This document shows, piece by piece, positions 12,546-26,075 of a stretch of 64,000 nt of DNA; the first letter of the stretch is position 1, and the number at the start of each line of letters is the position of its first letter. The stretch is taken from assembly GCF_036321535.1 (NCBI RefSeq), contig NC_087437.1:94924001-94988000 (forward strand), read 5' to 3'. Made by a program: the position numbers and the translations under genes. A model generated the notes under the pieces. It did not search any database and was not told the DNA's origin. It saw only the letters and a list, made by a program, of their open reading frames with translations. Origin of the DNA: Camelus dromedarius (Eukaryota).

Positions 12546-15500
12546 TTTAATAATATCTATTGAACATAAAATTAGAGCTTCCAAGCTTCGCAGATTCCAC
12601 CAGAAAACACAGTAGAGCTTAAAGTTCCAATGATGGAATTCAGCATGACTTTTGTTATGACTTAGTAGCCTTCTGAGTACAATATTTTTTTCAAGAAGAA
12701 TATATAATGTAACTATTATGGACCTAGCAAATTAAGCACACATATGCTTGATGAAAAGATTGACATTAATATCTCTATTCTCTATTGTGGCATACAACAT
12801 GCTGTTATCATTTTTATAATGATCAGTCAATTATCTACATTGTGTAACTACTTTGGCACATTTTCTATTGTGTGTGTTTTCTCGTTCACTATGATGTTTT
12901 ATACCTATTTGTCTTTGGCAGTATTATGTACAATTAAAAGACTTTTTCCACTGGAAGCTACAGAATTATAACTAAGTAAGCAATTTATAACTAACGAAAG
13001 ATTTATACTTACTGGCAAGTTTGTTTACCAGCTATTAAGATGTTTTATAATTATATTTAAGCATTGAAATACACATTCCAAAAATAAAATTTTAACATTA
13101 ATGTAAATAAATAGTTTTGTCTTATCCCCCCAAAAAATCCAAGAATAAAGAATATTCTTAGATGTTTGAATTATTTATGTTAATTTACTACTAGTGCAAG
13201 ACTGGCCATTCATTTTTTAAATGTAAATTGCTAATCTTAGGTCCATTTCTGACTCCCCCTATTATGGTTTTAAGGTTTATGTTGAAGCCTTAGAACATTT
13301 TCAAATGCCAAATGTTACAGATTAAAGATTATAGAGATTTTCCTCTAGTTACATTTCCCTTTCTCCAGCAGCAAGAGTTAAAGTATTTATTCATAATTTC
13401 TATAAAATTTCCCTAGAGTATTCATGCATAGTTACCTTAATTCTGGCAACATGTAAAACTCAGCAGATTTTTGTTCCATATCTGTGCACTTCAGTTCCCT
13501 TTCCCATTTTGCGGGAAAATGTGTTTCTTTAAAAATACTTGCCTCTATTAAAAAATGGTCACAAAGACCAACAGAAAAAGTATTGGTTACTATATTAAGC
13601 TTTCCATCCATTTCCCATGTATGTGCTGACCAAAAGTATCCACATAGAGCTGCATCATTGGAAACAAAAATCTTACATTTCCTACTCGCTTTGGCTGTCC
13701 CCACTCTAAATATTTATGCAAAGTTTTAGGAATGAAGCTTGAAAAGGTTAAGTGAGGCAATATTTCAGAGGCCACTGAATCTACAAATGAGCATATTTCC
13801 ACATGTACAAATCAATGTATTATGAATCATGAAACAGGGACTTTAGAAGGTGGAAATTAATTGGTGCAATATCTTCATATCTGAAGGTGAATGCGTAGTA
13901 CAGTTTCTGAAAAGCATTTCTATGTATGAAGCTATATTATTTGATGAACAAGATCATAATTGATCACATCCTTCTTCTGAGCCAAGCAAATAATCTTACC
14001 AACTAGAAAGTTACTAGTCATTTGACTCCTAGTAAGAAGGAAAGTCTACTGAGGACTGCCTCCTACCGTGTTTTAAACTGTTGACCATTGGTAATGAATG
14101 GACTTCTTCTTGAGCCAACAGCACTAGTGCCCAGAAAATATTTTTATGTAATAAACTGTCTCCACTATTGCTTGAATATGAATAATGATATAAATGGCCT
14201 AATGTCTTTTAAAGTATTTAGGGTTATTTGGGGGTGTTTATTGTTCAGAAGCCTCACTCCCTCTGCATGGATACACATATACACATTCCTTAAAAATAGT
14301 TACTCTTATTGTCTTAGATTTCAAGAATTTCCATTAATTTACAATAAGAATGTCTCTTTTGGAACAACATTAGTAAGTGAAACATATCATCTCACTATGA
14401 AATTACTTGTGAAAATAAAGACTGGCAGAATTTCCCATTAAAAAAACAAATACGCAAATCAAAATACTCTGAATACTGCAATGGTGCCTACAAAACACAA
14501 AGGTAAGTCAGAATCGGCAAAGTAAAACAGAGGAAAGAAAAACACATAGTGAGTGTAGGTGTTATTACAGCATATATAATTATTATCAATAGTATATATG
14601 TAATGTGTCTGGAATTGATTACACTCAGGACATAGCAAAAAAGGGGAATGCTGTTTTAAAATGCAGCTAGACTATAAAATAGAAATGTTGAATGCTTGTG
14701 AGCTAAGTAAATGAAACAATAAAGGAAGAATCAAGCGCAAGCCGATTCCATCAGGAGCGCCCGAGGTACCTTCCCTGCTTTCTGTGTGGATTTGCATCAG
14801 TGAAACCTCTTGTTCCACAACGATGGTGACAAACAGCCTTCTCTAAGAAGTGGGGGATGGGCGCAAGGAAAATATCAAGAGTGAAAAAAGACAAAAAGTA
14901 AGCAGTGCTGTCGCTCTCACAGGGAGGGGAAATCCATGGAGGGGGATGAATGGGAGTAAGCCTCCTTGGCTCTCTCTGCTCCTCAATTGGACACAGCTAA
15001 TCCCTGTGACCTTTGGGGAAGCTGAAGGCATAAAATGACCCCAATAATCAAAAGCACAATTAGAATGAAGAGCGTAAAACCGTGACTGTGGTTAGAAAAA
15101 GCAGACAATGAAGAGGCTATGGAGGAAATTTGTCCCTTTAGCAGCTGAGTGAATGCTGCCTCAGAGATGCCCTGAATGGTTGCAGATGGATGGCAGCCAT
15201 GACCGGCCAGGCACCTGGGGGAGGGCAGGCTGAGGAGGAACTGGCAGTTGTCACGTGACCTTGGACCCGACTTGCAGATGTTTCCGACTTTCCCCACCTC
15301 CTTCCAAAGCACCAGCAGTTTCTGTCCCTCTGCAGGAGACAGCAAAAGCAGGCCAGGAGCTGAAACAGCAGTGGGCAAGGGGGGAAAAAGTTCCCCTAAG
15401 AGTGAGGAAATCTGTAGGGTAATTTCAATATCAAGAGTTGTTTTTTCCCTCAAGAAATAAAATTGAGTGAATTCATCCCTGTCAGCACAAAGCAACAAGG

Positions 15501-15837
15501 CAATTAGGCAAACTAAAAATAAAGTCTGCAGTTCAAGGGGTCTGCCATTCAGATGAAATGCTGTCTACATGGAAATACTTCCTGAATGATTTAGTGGGGA
15601 GTTCTGCGTGAATGATGGAACATAGCTAGAGAAAAATCAAATTTTCAAAATCCAGTTTTCTCTTGAATTTTAACTAATGCCTTATGCACCTTTTCCCCTA
15701 TATAAACTCAAAACTGACACATTAAAACAAAAATAGAATGTGTCTTTTCTCATTTCAAGAGGCAAATATGTAGGATTTTTTTCATTAGGAACTATTAAAT
15801 GATCCTTTTAAAATCGATTCCTAATTTGGATGAATTA

Positions 15838-16030
15838 TAATAATAGCTAACATTTACTGACTTACTTTGTGTCTGGGACTATAGTAAGATCTTTACAAAT
15901 ATTTGCTGATTTAATCCTCAACACTCCTATGAACTCAGTACTATTATTTCACATTTTGTAGATGAAGAAACTGAGGCAAAAATTTAAAAAGATAAAATAA
16001 CTTGTCTAAGTTCACAGAGTCAGCTGGTGA
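15838..16030 (-). mobile_element. MIR SINE
   Basis: aatagctaacatttactga...ttttgtagatgaagaaactgaggc. Confidence 0.8.
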
Positions 16031-18284
16031 TTCCTAAACACTACACTGTATTGAATAGTTAAATAAACAGTAAAACAAACTTAGCTTCAGTGATTCCAGA
16101 ATGCTAAGTAAATTTTTTGATATTTTGACTGAATTTAACAAATTTCTATGGCTCTGACTTGAATATCACTCAATGTGTTAACTAGCAGTAGTGATTGGAA
16201 ACGTGCTTTATTAACACACTTGGGGGAAATGGTAATAAATGTACCCATTCTATGACGAAAAAAGAGCATTGATTAAAAAGATAAGGAGGTCTGAGTTTTT
16301 ATTCAGAATCTCAAATGTGATCACCATAGCCCACAGCCAGACTTCTCCCTCTACGAAAGAGGAATGACCCTATTTCTTCTTGGTATCCCAACATAACGTT
16401 AGTGCTACGGAAGGAGAACGCCATTAACGCAGGTATTACTGCTGTGCCATTTCTGCCCTTAAAATGCGAGATGTGTCTGTTCATGCAAGTAGGGCAGCTG
16501 GGGCCACCACCTGTTAACTAACTTCAAGCACCGTTTAATTAGCCTGTGTTGAAGTCACCGTATGCTTTGACTGGAAGGGAGTGGAACAGTAGCAGATGCT
16601 AAGCACAATAAAAGAAAAGCCCTTGAATACCAGGGCAAAGTGGGTGGAGAGAATAACAAAAAAGTCAACAGACGGAGAGAGCCAGAAATACTAGTAAAAT
16701 GGACCGGAAATTAACTCTCACAGATAAAGTTCAAGGGAGCAAATCTCTGCAGATTAGATTCCGTCCCACCAAGGTATCTGTCACACCAGAGGTAATTGAT
16801 GATTTGACTTGAGCATTTTGAATAAATGCAGGATTCAACTGGACAATTGGCTGAGTTTCTCATTCTATAAAGGGATAGTCATCACTTACTATTTCCATGA
16901 AAACCTCCGTGACTTTCTTAGACCAAACATCCAGGCATCAAAGAAAAAAAGCATGATGAACCTTAATTTTCCCAATTATTTTAAGAGCTCTACTTTGTCA
17001 GTGTTTCCACTAGAAGAGATCTGGAAACAAATAGTTTTAAAGTTATGAGCATTTCTCCATCAATAGAATGATTTCCATACAGAAGGCACTTTATCTTGTT
17101 TTGTCAAATTAAGTTGAATTTAAATGAGTTAAAAGCATCGTCTGGTGACATTTGTATTCTTCTGAGTTGCAGGCTTATCCATTAATGCATTTACCTTCCT
17201 AGGAGTATATTTTATGTTAATAGAATTTTTATAAATAGATAGAGACATATAAAGAAATATATATCTTTGTTTTTTCTGTTTTTGCTTATATGGTTTAAGT
17301 CTCTATTACTGAATCAGATTTTATCGACCTAATGTGACTGGATCTACCACAAATTAGCTCAAACAAAATTGTACGTGGGAATTTTCATGCAGTTATTTTT
17401 CCATTTTTTTTTTCAGAATTGTAACACTTCTGCAAGTTCAAAAATAGAATGTGGTATTGGAAACCAAATATTAATTCCAAATTTGTATTTAATTACTTCA
17501 GTTTCAAGAGTAGTCTCTCAGAAAAATCCATTCCATTTTTTCAGATCAGGATATATCTATATCTATATCTAAAATTACTCAAATCAGAGAGAGCTAATAG
17601 AAGCAAAAATACAGTTCACTTACCTGGAAATATTTGAATACCTTTCATGTTTATTTATATTATAACCTCTTTCAGTTTTGAGAATTATCATCATGTATTA
17701 TTCTTTCCTTTATATCTGGCTTGTCATAGGTGGATATTTGTAACTCATCCCTCTTTATCATGCAAGAAGGACAACTTTCACCAGTACAGCACTCATCTGA
17801 TTTAAGTTAAACAAGATTCTGTTTCCTAGAGCATATGTTTACATGGCGAGTGGGGACGGGATAAAGATAGTATTCCATCAGCAATAGTAATTTATCATAA
17901 TGCAGTTTTGAATTAAATTTAGAGTGATTATAACTTTAGGTAGATAAGTATATAACAAAGTCCTAAATGAAGGAGGTAATTCATTCATTGAGAAAAGTTA
18001 CCGCCATCTTAAACACTTGACTCCAGCAAAATTGTGCCTCAGTGATTCATCCAATCATTCAGCAAAAATGTACTGATTACCTACTCTGCTTTTAGCACTC
18101 TCCTAGGGTTAAGCACACTAAGATGAGTAAGTCATGACTGTTTTAAGTGCCCTTAAGCTTATCCCAAGACATAAATCTTTGTTGTTAAAAGAACAGCAAA
18201 AAATGTAATTGCCAAAACAAAAAGAATCTGAGTTCATCTTGATTTTATTTAGTTAGTAGTTTAGTCTCCAAATTGATATAATGA

Positions 18285-18435
18285 AAAATACATTTTCAAT
18301 ATCTTATAATGACCTATAATGAAAAAGAATATGAAAAAGAATGTATATATGTTTAACTAAATCACTATGCAGAAACTTAACACAACATTGTAAATCTACT
18401 ATATTTCAGTTAAATAAATAAGTATAAATAAAAAT
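18285..18435 (+). mobile_element. Short L1 3' terminus (cetartiodactyl type)
   Basis: tataatgaaaaagaatatgaaaaagaatgtatatatg...aacacaacattgtaaatctactata plus A-rich tail. Confidence 0.75.
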
Positions 18436-18719
18436 ATGTGGGCAAAGCCTTATTTTAATAATAAACCCTATTTTAATAATGTTATTGTATATCTAGTTTA
18501 AACACAACCAAGTACCTTATAAACTGCTTTCTTTTATCTTATCTATAAAAGAAGACAGGGAAGAAGCCATGTGATGTACTTAATGAAGTTCAGAAACAGA
18601 TTTGTGAAATTACTCATTCGTACTCAGGAACTGGAAAAGAATCACTAACCTGGTGTCCCATTGCCTATATTCTATTGAAATTCCATCCAGTTCCTAGAAT
18701 TAGATTGATGAGCAAAGAA

Positions 18720-18990
18720 AGTACAGTGAAATGTCATAGAGTGGAAAGAGTTGGTTCTTTGGAGTCAGAAATCATTTGGAATCAAATTCCAAATTCACTG
18801 CTTCCTAGTTGTATGACAGAGGCGAAAGGAATTCTCTGAGCTTTAGTTTCATCATCTCTAAAATGGGAACATTGATGATGTGGATCATAATCATGATGAT
18901 GACTATGATCTGGATAGAGCTGTACAAATTATGTGAGAAAATATGCAAACACATAAAATGATATAGTTCATATTCAATAAAATAAAGCAT
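18720..18990 (+). mobile_element. MIR SINE
   Basis: ctttggagtcaga...tctctgagctttagtttcatcatctctaaaatggg. Confidence 0.75.
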
Positions 18991-20599
18991 TGTGTAAATA
19001 TTATTTGAGATGATAATTAGTACAGTTTTTTACTTTTGTTTCTCCACATATGACTCATTCAGTTGTCTAATTGCCTAAACCAGAAAATGAGAAAAAAATT
19101 ACTAACATTTAATTTGAGATCATTGTATAAAGTCTATTTTTTCATTTAATACAATCCCAGCATCTCAGGTCATGGTTACAATTACCTAGTTTATCATGGA
19201 GATTATTTTAGTTCAGTCAAATACCAAACCACTCTGAATTTTTTCTTTCTTCTCAACAGTGTTGGATGATAAAGTCTTCAACTTGAGGAAGAACCATCCA
19301 TTCACTAACACTTTTATTTGAATATATTATGTCAATTTTAACATTTTGGTTTACTTTATCTAAACAAGTTTTCTAATAATCATTAAATCATTATTCACAT
19401 GGATCATAATAATCCTGTTTCCTTTATCTTTGAAAGAAATAGAGGGAAGCAACCTTGATTTTCCTTATAATAGCAAAATTGGAGATGGTTGTAACACATT
19501 CTTTTATCTCTGTTACCATATTGCTGCTTAAAAAATGAAGTTTCAGTCAACATTTTGTAGCACAATTTTAGAACTTGATACATATCATAGTTAATATTCT
19601 ATAGCATATAGACTTCTGGAAAAGTCATTCAGTCCTCATTGTAAATGAATTTTTTTATTTGCTTCATTCTCTGAATTTTTTAAAGCAGATACTTCCTAAA
19701 AGCACTCACTGATTTTTTTTTTATCTTAGTCTCTATAAATATAACTCTCATTTCTCCCCTTATTCCCAGTTCAAAAGCATGGCGTAAATAATAATGTATT
19801 TTCCATAATTACTTTAACCACACTTGATGAAAGCAGAAGTTTGGGTTTAACTTTGATTTGAACTTGTCAAATTGTGACATAAATTTAATGCTTCACAAAT
19901 AAAGTTTTTGTACTTAATTTTATAATTCATTGCCTGGGTTTCTAATTAAATGTTCTCAGTACTCCATTTAAAGTACCCATTCCCTGCATTCCTCTTGATT
20001 AGTGGGAAAGGATCAATGTATATTGATCCAATTTGTAGAACACAATTCTCATATTGATAGTAGTTTATATTCATTTGCTTTCCCCTAATCTTTTATTAAT
20101 GGTCATCTTCAAAATGTCAATTAATGCCAAAGCCCTGCACAGTGATAATGCAAATCTATAAAGAAACTGGCTTGACACTTTACAGTAGGGCAAAAAAAGA
20201 AGCCATTATATGTAATGTATATTTACATAACTGAATATGACAGAAAGGAAGAATAAAGGTGAAAATTCTAATGTTCTGAGCTGTGAATTTCATGCTCAGT
20301 TAAAAAGCTAAAAATAAATAAATAAAACTGAATTTAAAAAACGGACTTCTCTCTACATTTCCGCAAAGTAACACCACCATAGTATAATGAGCAAGTTAGA
20401 GAAATATGGGCTGAACGGTAGTACAAATATGAGCCTTTGTGCTACAAAAATATTAGCTGTTTTACACATATCACCAATGCAAGGGAAGTTTCACTGCATG
20501 AATTTCTGCTGCACATTATGGAGAAAGCTTTAGACCACTCAGTCTTCATCCACCATCCTTTGAACTTTTTTGAATGTTTTTCACAATAGATTAGTTGTT

Positions 20600-21090
20600 A
20601 GTAATGTGCCATATTTGCTGCATTGCTCTCAACATACTTTTCTGAACCATTTCAAAGTAAGTTAAAGGTAATTCACATGTGTGCCCTAAGGATATTTTTT
20701 TTTCTGTTGATTTCAAGTTGGATCTTAAGTATTGATTAAATTCAGGGCAAGCATTGTTAGTAAGAATGCTTCATAGGTGAGACTGTATGTTGTATCACAC
20801 GATTGTCTGTCCACTTTTAGTTACCAACTATTGATGATACTAAGTTTGGTTACTGAGTTCAAGCAGTAACTGCCAGATCTACCCATTATAAAAGTAAACT
20901 TTCCCCTGTGCAGTTAGCAAGTAATCTCTGGGGTGATACTTCTGGCCCTATGAAATATGCTTTCCTCTACCACTTTTCACCCAAATGGATTTATTATCCA
21001 TCAGTGATGTTTGTCTGAATGGATTATTTTATCAGAGGTTGCTATATCGTGATTTTTCTAATTCAAATTTTCCATTATGTTTTAACATAG
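20600..21090 (-). mobile_element. Old L1 3' fragment (L1MC4/5-like)
   Basis: tttctgaaccattt...gtaactgccagatctacccattataaaagt...agtaatctctggggtgatactt resembles a reverse L1MC 3' UTR. Confidence 0.6.
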
Positions 21091-21539
21091 GTGTTGAGGA
21101 AATCTCAATAAAGATATTGTTATAGAATAACAAAATTCAAATTTACCACTTAATTTACCTTAAAGAAAGTTGTACCACCTTTGATAAATTGTTATCTCTA
21201 AGGATAAAGTTTAATTTCCATTGTAAAAGAAGCTATAAATCTTTTTTCTTTTTTGTCACTGCTGTTGCTTGTATTAAATCTGTGTAAGACTGTTACAAGA
21301 AGGTCCACTCGTATGTTCTATATCTTAAATGATGTGTATATTATATGATTTTTGTGTAGGTACACATATAACCATATGTGGTTTTACATATGTGCATCTA
21401 CAGGTTTAAGTTTGGCATACAACCCACTCCAAAAAAATAAAAATAAAACTACGTAGCAAAATCTACTGTAAACAATAAGCCCACAAGCCAGAGTTCAGTT
21501 TTAACCACAGATATTAACACTGCACTGAATTGCAAAATA

Positions 21540-21850
21540 TTAAAAATATAGCAGAGTGATAACTTTCTTAACATAGTTGGGGAGAATAGGGGAAAAGGCG
21601 GTTGGAGGAGAAGACGATGAGTTCAGTGTCCAGTGAGGGAAGGTGTGAGGTTTCCTGGAATGCTCACGAAGTTGAGCAAGGGAAGATAAGATTGGGTCAT
21701 TGGTAGAACATCTAACCAAGAAGTGAAAGAAGTGCATTATCTTGTAAAAAATAGTTGAAGCCGCGATGAAGACAGCTACAGACAGCACCCTGAACAACAC
21801 AAGCATTTAAAGGACATCGGAGGGAAAGGGGCTTTCACAGTTGAGACGTT
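21540..21850 (-). mobile_element. L2 fragment
   Basis: Purine-rich diverged segment (gatgagttcagtg..., ccctgaacaacacaagcatttaaagg) resembling reverse L2. Confidence 0.45.
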
Positions 21851-22331
21851 GGTTCTGTGCCCCACAGATTAGAAATCGAATTGAGATTTAGAAAACAGCT
21901 TAAAAAAAAAAACTAACATGAAAGCAAAGACTTAACTGTAAAATTGGAATTGGTTATGTTGAAAAGCACTGAAGGCCCATGACCACTAAGTTCAGATGAA
22001 TCTACGTATCTGATGGAAGATTGTTGTGGGGGTCCAAATGACCTATTTCTAACCTTGAATGTCTATAATTTCATGACTCAAGACTTCCTTTTATATTGAA
22101 AAATGCTTTATTTGCTTTTACAGATATTAGGGATAGATGGAGTAAAATAGCATTTTGAGGTAATTTATACAGTTTTTTTTTTTCCTGACAATGATAGTGG
22201 TGCAGAAAATGCAAGTTTTGTATTTTCCAGTTGTTTTGTATACTAAAGCCTATCATTTAAGTGAGAGTTGCATTTCTGGTTATTCATTAATTCACTTACT
22301 ATCTTAAAGAAAAAAACAAGCAAACAAACAC

Positions 22332-23280
22332 TGTTGAAGCCTGTGCAATGTTGCAGGTCCAATGACGGTCTGAAACTCAGCCTCTGTACCCCACCTACCA
22401 AGCTGAGACTCGAGGACAGAGTTCTAGATGAAGTAGAAAAGGCAGCTTTATTTCTTTGCCAGGCAAAGGAGATCATAATGGGCTAATGCCTCCAAAGCTC
22501 TGAGCCTGCCAGAGAGAGAAAGTGGAGGTTTTATAGTAAGAGTCCAGGGGACCGCGTATTTCCATAGAGATCACATACAGGGTAACAGCTTGTTGCAAAG
22601 TTATCCTTGTTTTTGCAGATGCAGCAGTCCCCTTTCTTCTTCTGGGTATGATGCTCACCTCCGGTTTTGGAACTCTTCTAAGATTCTTGTGGCCAGAATG
22701 AAGGTGCTGAGGAAAGGGGTCTGTAAAAGAGAAAAACCTGTGCAGTTTAAAGTCAGGTTGATATATGCTTCTGGCATTCTAGGTAGGCTTGAGACCTCTT
22801 GAGGCAGTGTTCGCACAGGCTGGGACAACAGAATACAAAGAAACTGTAAGGGGCTAAAGATAGCTGCAGACATGCGCAGCTGGGGTGAGTTATGAACAAG
22901 ATGCACAAAACACTCGACTGCTGTTCCTGCAGTGTCGGGAGCAAAATGAGGGGAATGGGCAGATCATCCAAGACCCCCCCTCCCCTCCAGCCTAACCCTG
23001 GTCAGCAGAAGCATGAGAAAAGCCATTTAAACTACTACACAGTTAAGCAGTTACAAATACCATTTGGACACCGATGACAATAGGGTCCTGCTCAGTTACA
23101 GGTGCAGAAATGTGAGGCAGACAGATTCCCAGATCCCCGGGAAATTCAGTCTTGTGGGGTGACAGCACCCCGAGTGCCCCGAGGGGGGCGTTCATCAGTT
23201 GCAGCCACACCTACTTCAGTTCAGGCCCAGACGGCCCCAAATACAGATGAGGGGCGCAAGACCTCCTTCAGACATTGTCA
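22332..23280 (-). mobile_element. Solo ERV LTR (probably ERV1 class, cetartiodactyl type)
   Basis: GC/CpG-rich block with TG...CA termini and near-identical 4-bp flanks (acac/gcac). On the minus strand CTATAAAA (22529-22536) precedes AATAAA (22447-22452), the U3-R-U5 layout. gaagtagaaaaggcagctttatttctttgccaggcaaagg resembles recalled ungulate LTRs. Ends uncertain (alternative 22349-23100). Confidence 0.6.
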
Positions 23281-24217
23281 GCACTGAGCAGTCTCTTGCC
23301 TCTTTATGTTCTATTCCACAGATTCTGCATAATCAACACTATCTAACAAAAACTTTAAACAGGTATCTCTTGGACTCCCTTTGAATTAGCCCTACAGCTC
23401 ACATGCCGTAAGTCAAGTGGTTATTTCCTGTTATAATAATCTTTTGACAGGAAGGAGGGGGAAGAAACACGTGGGTGAAGTTAGTAAAAACAGCATCATT
23501 TGTTTCCTTTAGGTCTAGCATATCAGGAACTAAAGGCAGCACTGGGTAGACAGGACGCGCTGTGACAGGTAGGGTAAGGCTCCTTGATTAGTGGTGCCGA
23601 GTCTGTTTTTTCCTGAGCCTAAGAAAGGCTCAGGGCGTGATGAGTGGGAACAGGAGAGCAAATTTAGAAATCACTTCGGATAAGTTAGATGTAGGTGAAA
23701 AACCTACTTTAAACAGATTTAGGTATCTCACTTCAAATGATAGTGAACTTCTTTCCTCGTCTCCGTTGTTTTTGTAATAATGTCCTCATTCTCAGGGAAG
23801 GTTTAATAACAAAGGGTACACAGGCCTTATCCCCAGAGTCTTAGGATTCTGTACAGACAAACTGATTCAGCTCATGTCCTGGATTTGGATGAATTTTTAC
23901 TGTATTTTTAACAGAGTGATGAGATTTGCGTGTATTCACATCAAATAAGCTATCCCATCACAAATTAAAAGTTGTTTTTCCTTTGAAAGGGGCATTTGTG
24001 ACTAAAAATAAGTGGTCTGTAAATTTAAGGTTGACCCTAAACACGTTGTATCTTTTAAAACAAGACTGCAAGCAGGGATGGTCCCTGAAAAGCCTTTTTA
24101 ATACATTTGAACTAGCACCTTCTGTTTCTCTTTCTACAGCAAACTCGTTTACTTGGTTAGTCTGCCTGAGTAAGGATACTTAGTTTGTGGTGGAATATTG
24201 TGCTTACACTGCTTCAA

Positions 24218-24244
<27 letters not shown>
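24218..24244 (+). repeat. (AC)13 microsatellite
   Basis: Perfect dinucleotide run. Confidence 0.95.
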
Positions 24245-24248
<4 letters not shown>

Positions 24249-24574
24249 CCCATTTCCCATTCTCTCCTACTGATGTGACTTAAATCTCTGACCTAAACAA
24301 TGTGTGCATACAAATAAGTTAACAGGCTGGAGGGGTAGCTAGTGGACTGGTTCCCTGCTCTACGACTTCCAGAGTCGATTTTAAGGACAAACAGGACAAC
24401 AGCCATTGCTGCAAAGGCAAGAATGAATAGAGCGATAATGAGCCCTTTTTTCTCCCTTTAGTCTGCAGAGATCTGAGGCTCTTTTCTCTTCATTTTAGCC
24501 ACACCAGGTTAATTATATGACACATGGATTGGAGAGGAGAGAAGACAGGGGTGTGCAGTGGTTACAGATTCAGT

Positions 24575-24720
24575 TTCTTGTAATAACATATGATGGAAAA
24601 GAATATGAAAAGAAAAAAACATATGTGTATGTATATGTATAACTGAATTCCTCTGCTGTACACCTGAAACTAACATTGTAAATCAATTACACTTCAGTAA
24701 AAAGTGAAATTTTTAAAAAA
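24575..24720 (+). mobile_element. Short L1 3' terminus (cetartiodactyl type)
   Basis: gatggaaaagaatatgaaaag...tataactgaattcctctgctgtacacctgaaactaacattgtaaatcaattacacttcagtaaaaa. Confidence 0.8.
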
Positions 24721-25584
24721 TAACTCCGTGCAAAAAGCTGCAAAACAGACTTATGTTGGACTTTTTATCCTCTTTGAACATTTTCTACATCATCCCTGAA
24801 TTGCAGTATCTAAGACAAAATGTGCCAACCTAGCTAAAAGGACTCCGAGGAACACAAAATTAATGACCCTGTGATGTTTCGAGAGAGGCATTACCTGCGT
24901 GTACTCGCTGCCTCATTCTTAAGTGACACACTTTCTTCCTCGAGTAAACAGCTGTGCTTCTTCACTGCTTGAACTGGGAAATCCTCTGTCGACGGCGTTT
25001 AAGGTGATAAAAAGCCTGAAGAACACAACTTGAATGACCTATGACTCTCCAGTATTCGATTTCGGAGGTACACACTTAGCTTTTATGTGTCTGTATCTGC
25101 TTATCAGCTGTGGAGCTGGAGACTCTGCATCTAGCACACAGAGATAGGACACAGCCAGTGAAATGACTGGCGTCCCTGGGCTTCTATGTATATTGATACT
25201 GTGACGTAGCTTCTGGGTATTGGAACTTAAGTGCCGTCGTGCTTAGCTGCATCTCTCAAATTCTACCTGGGGAAATTACTGTAAAATTGGAAAAACATAA
25301 AAATTTTAGTTAAGGAAAAGAAGAATGAATGAATGAAAATACTTATCTGCATGATGGTAATACAGAGCCTCAAACAGTTTGGAATGTTTTAAAATATTCA
25401 AACCCACATGTGCAAAGTTAAGTCTCATTTTACATAAGCATTCTTTCCAGTAAATTTATCTCCATCCTTTAAGATGACAAATTATTGCCTTTTGAAAGAT
25501 GGGATGTTGCACCGCTTTCTTTGCTGTTGCTCAGGAAAAAAGTAGGACATTTTTATCATCCACCCTCTTCTTTGACAAGATCCT

Positions 25585-26075
25585 CTTTTTCCCCACACCC
25601 TCCCCTCCACCCATATGAGGTACAATCCCTTGAGTCTATAATTGGCAGGAGATGAAGCGATGATGGGGAGTGATCACAGTCAATAGCTTTGATTAACAAT
25701 AAGGTAGAAAATTAGCAATGCTAGCATTCAGCCACCCTGCCCTCTCCCTCCTCCATATGCTCCTTCAGTCCGCGCTGGCCGCCTCACAGAGGGCAGTCAG
25801 AGCCCTTCGCCAGCTTTGAAGTGCAGCAAAGGTGCAGGCAGAGCAGAGAATTAGGGAAATTAAGGAGCAGAAGTAGAAACTGTAAGCCAGGATGCTGAGA
25901 CCTTCGCACGGCTTAGTGTACCGCAGGAGGGGCGAGGAGGACGTGTGCTGTGTGTTGTCCCTGTGTGTTTTTCTGTCACATGTGGATTTACTTGTGTCTG
26001 GACATGCTGTGATCGAAATGGCAACTACTGTTACTACTGTGACCCCATCAGCAGCTCTGGTGTTGTTTCCGACAG
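25585..26075 (+). promoter_or_regulatory. Candidate regulatory or alternative-promoter region abutting the ROBO1 exon
   Basis: Non-repetitive, GC- and CpG-enriched relative to background. Contains CACCC/CCCTCCCC boxes (25591-25612, 25732-25754) and an Inr-like TCAGTCC (25765-25771). Confidence 0.4.

Larger units (their letters stand above)
1..26075 (+). other. ROBO1: ROBO1 intron upstream of the 84-nt exon (partial; signal-peptide exon lies outside the window)
   Basis: No MKWKH-like signal-peptide exon seen upstream. ROBO1a 5' introns are known to be very large. Confidence 0.8.

Noticed and set aside
14983..15498. Longest ORF in the window (171 aa, minus strand, hydrophobic C-terminus)
   Set aside because: Non-ATG start, no recognisable domain, and length is explicable by local GC content.
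20010..20029. Near-perfect palindrome ggatcaatgtatattgatcc
   Set aside because: 8-bp arms are expected occasionally by chance in 64 kb of AT-rich DNA, and it is too short for a pre-miRNA.
25783..25797. CTCF site (ctcacagagggcagt)
   Set aside because: The 3' half fits but three positions in the 5' core mismatch; too weak to call without ChIP data.
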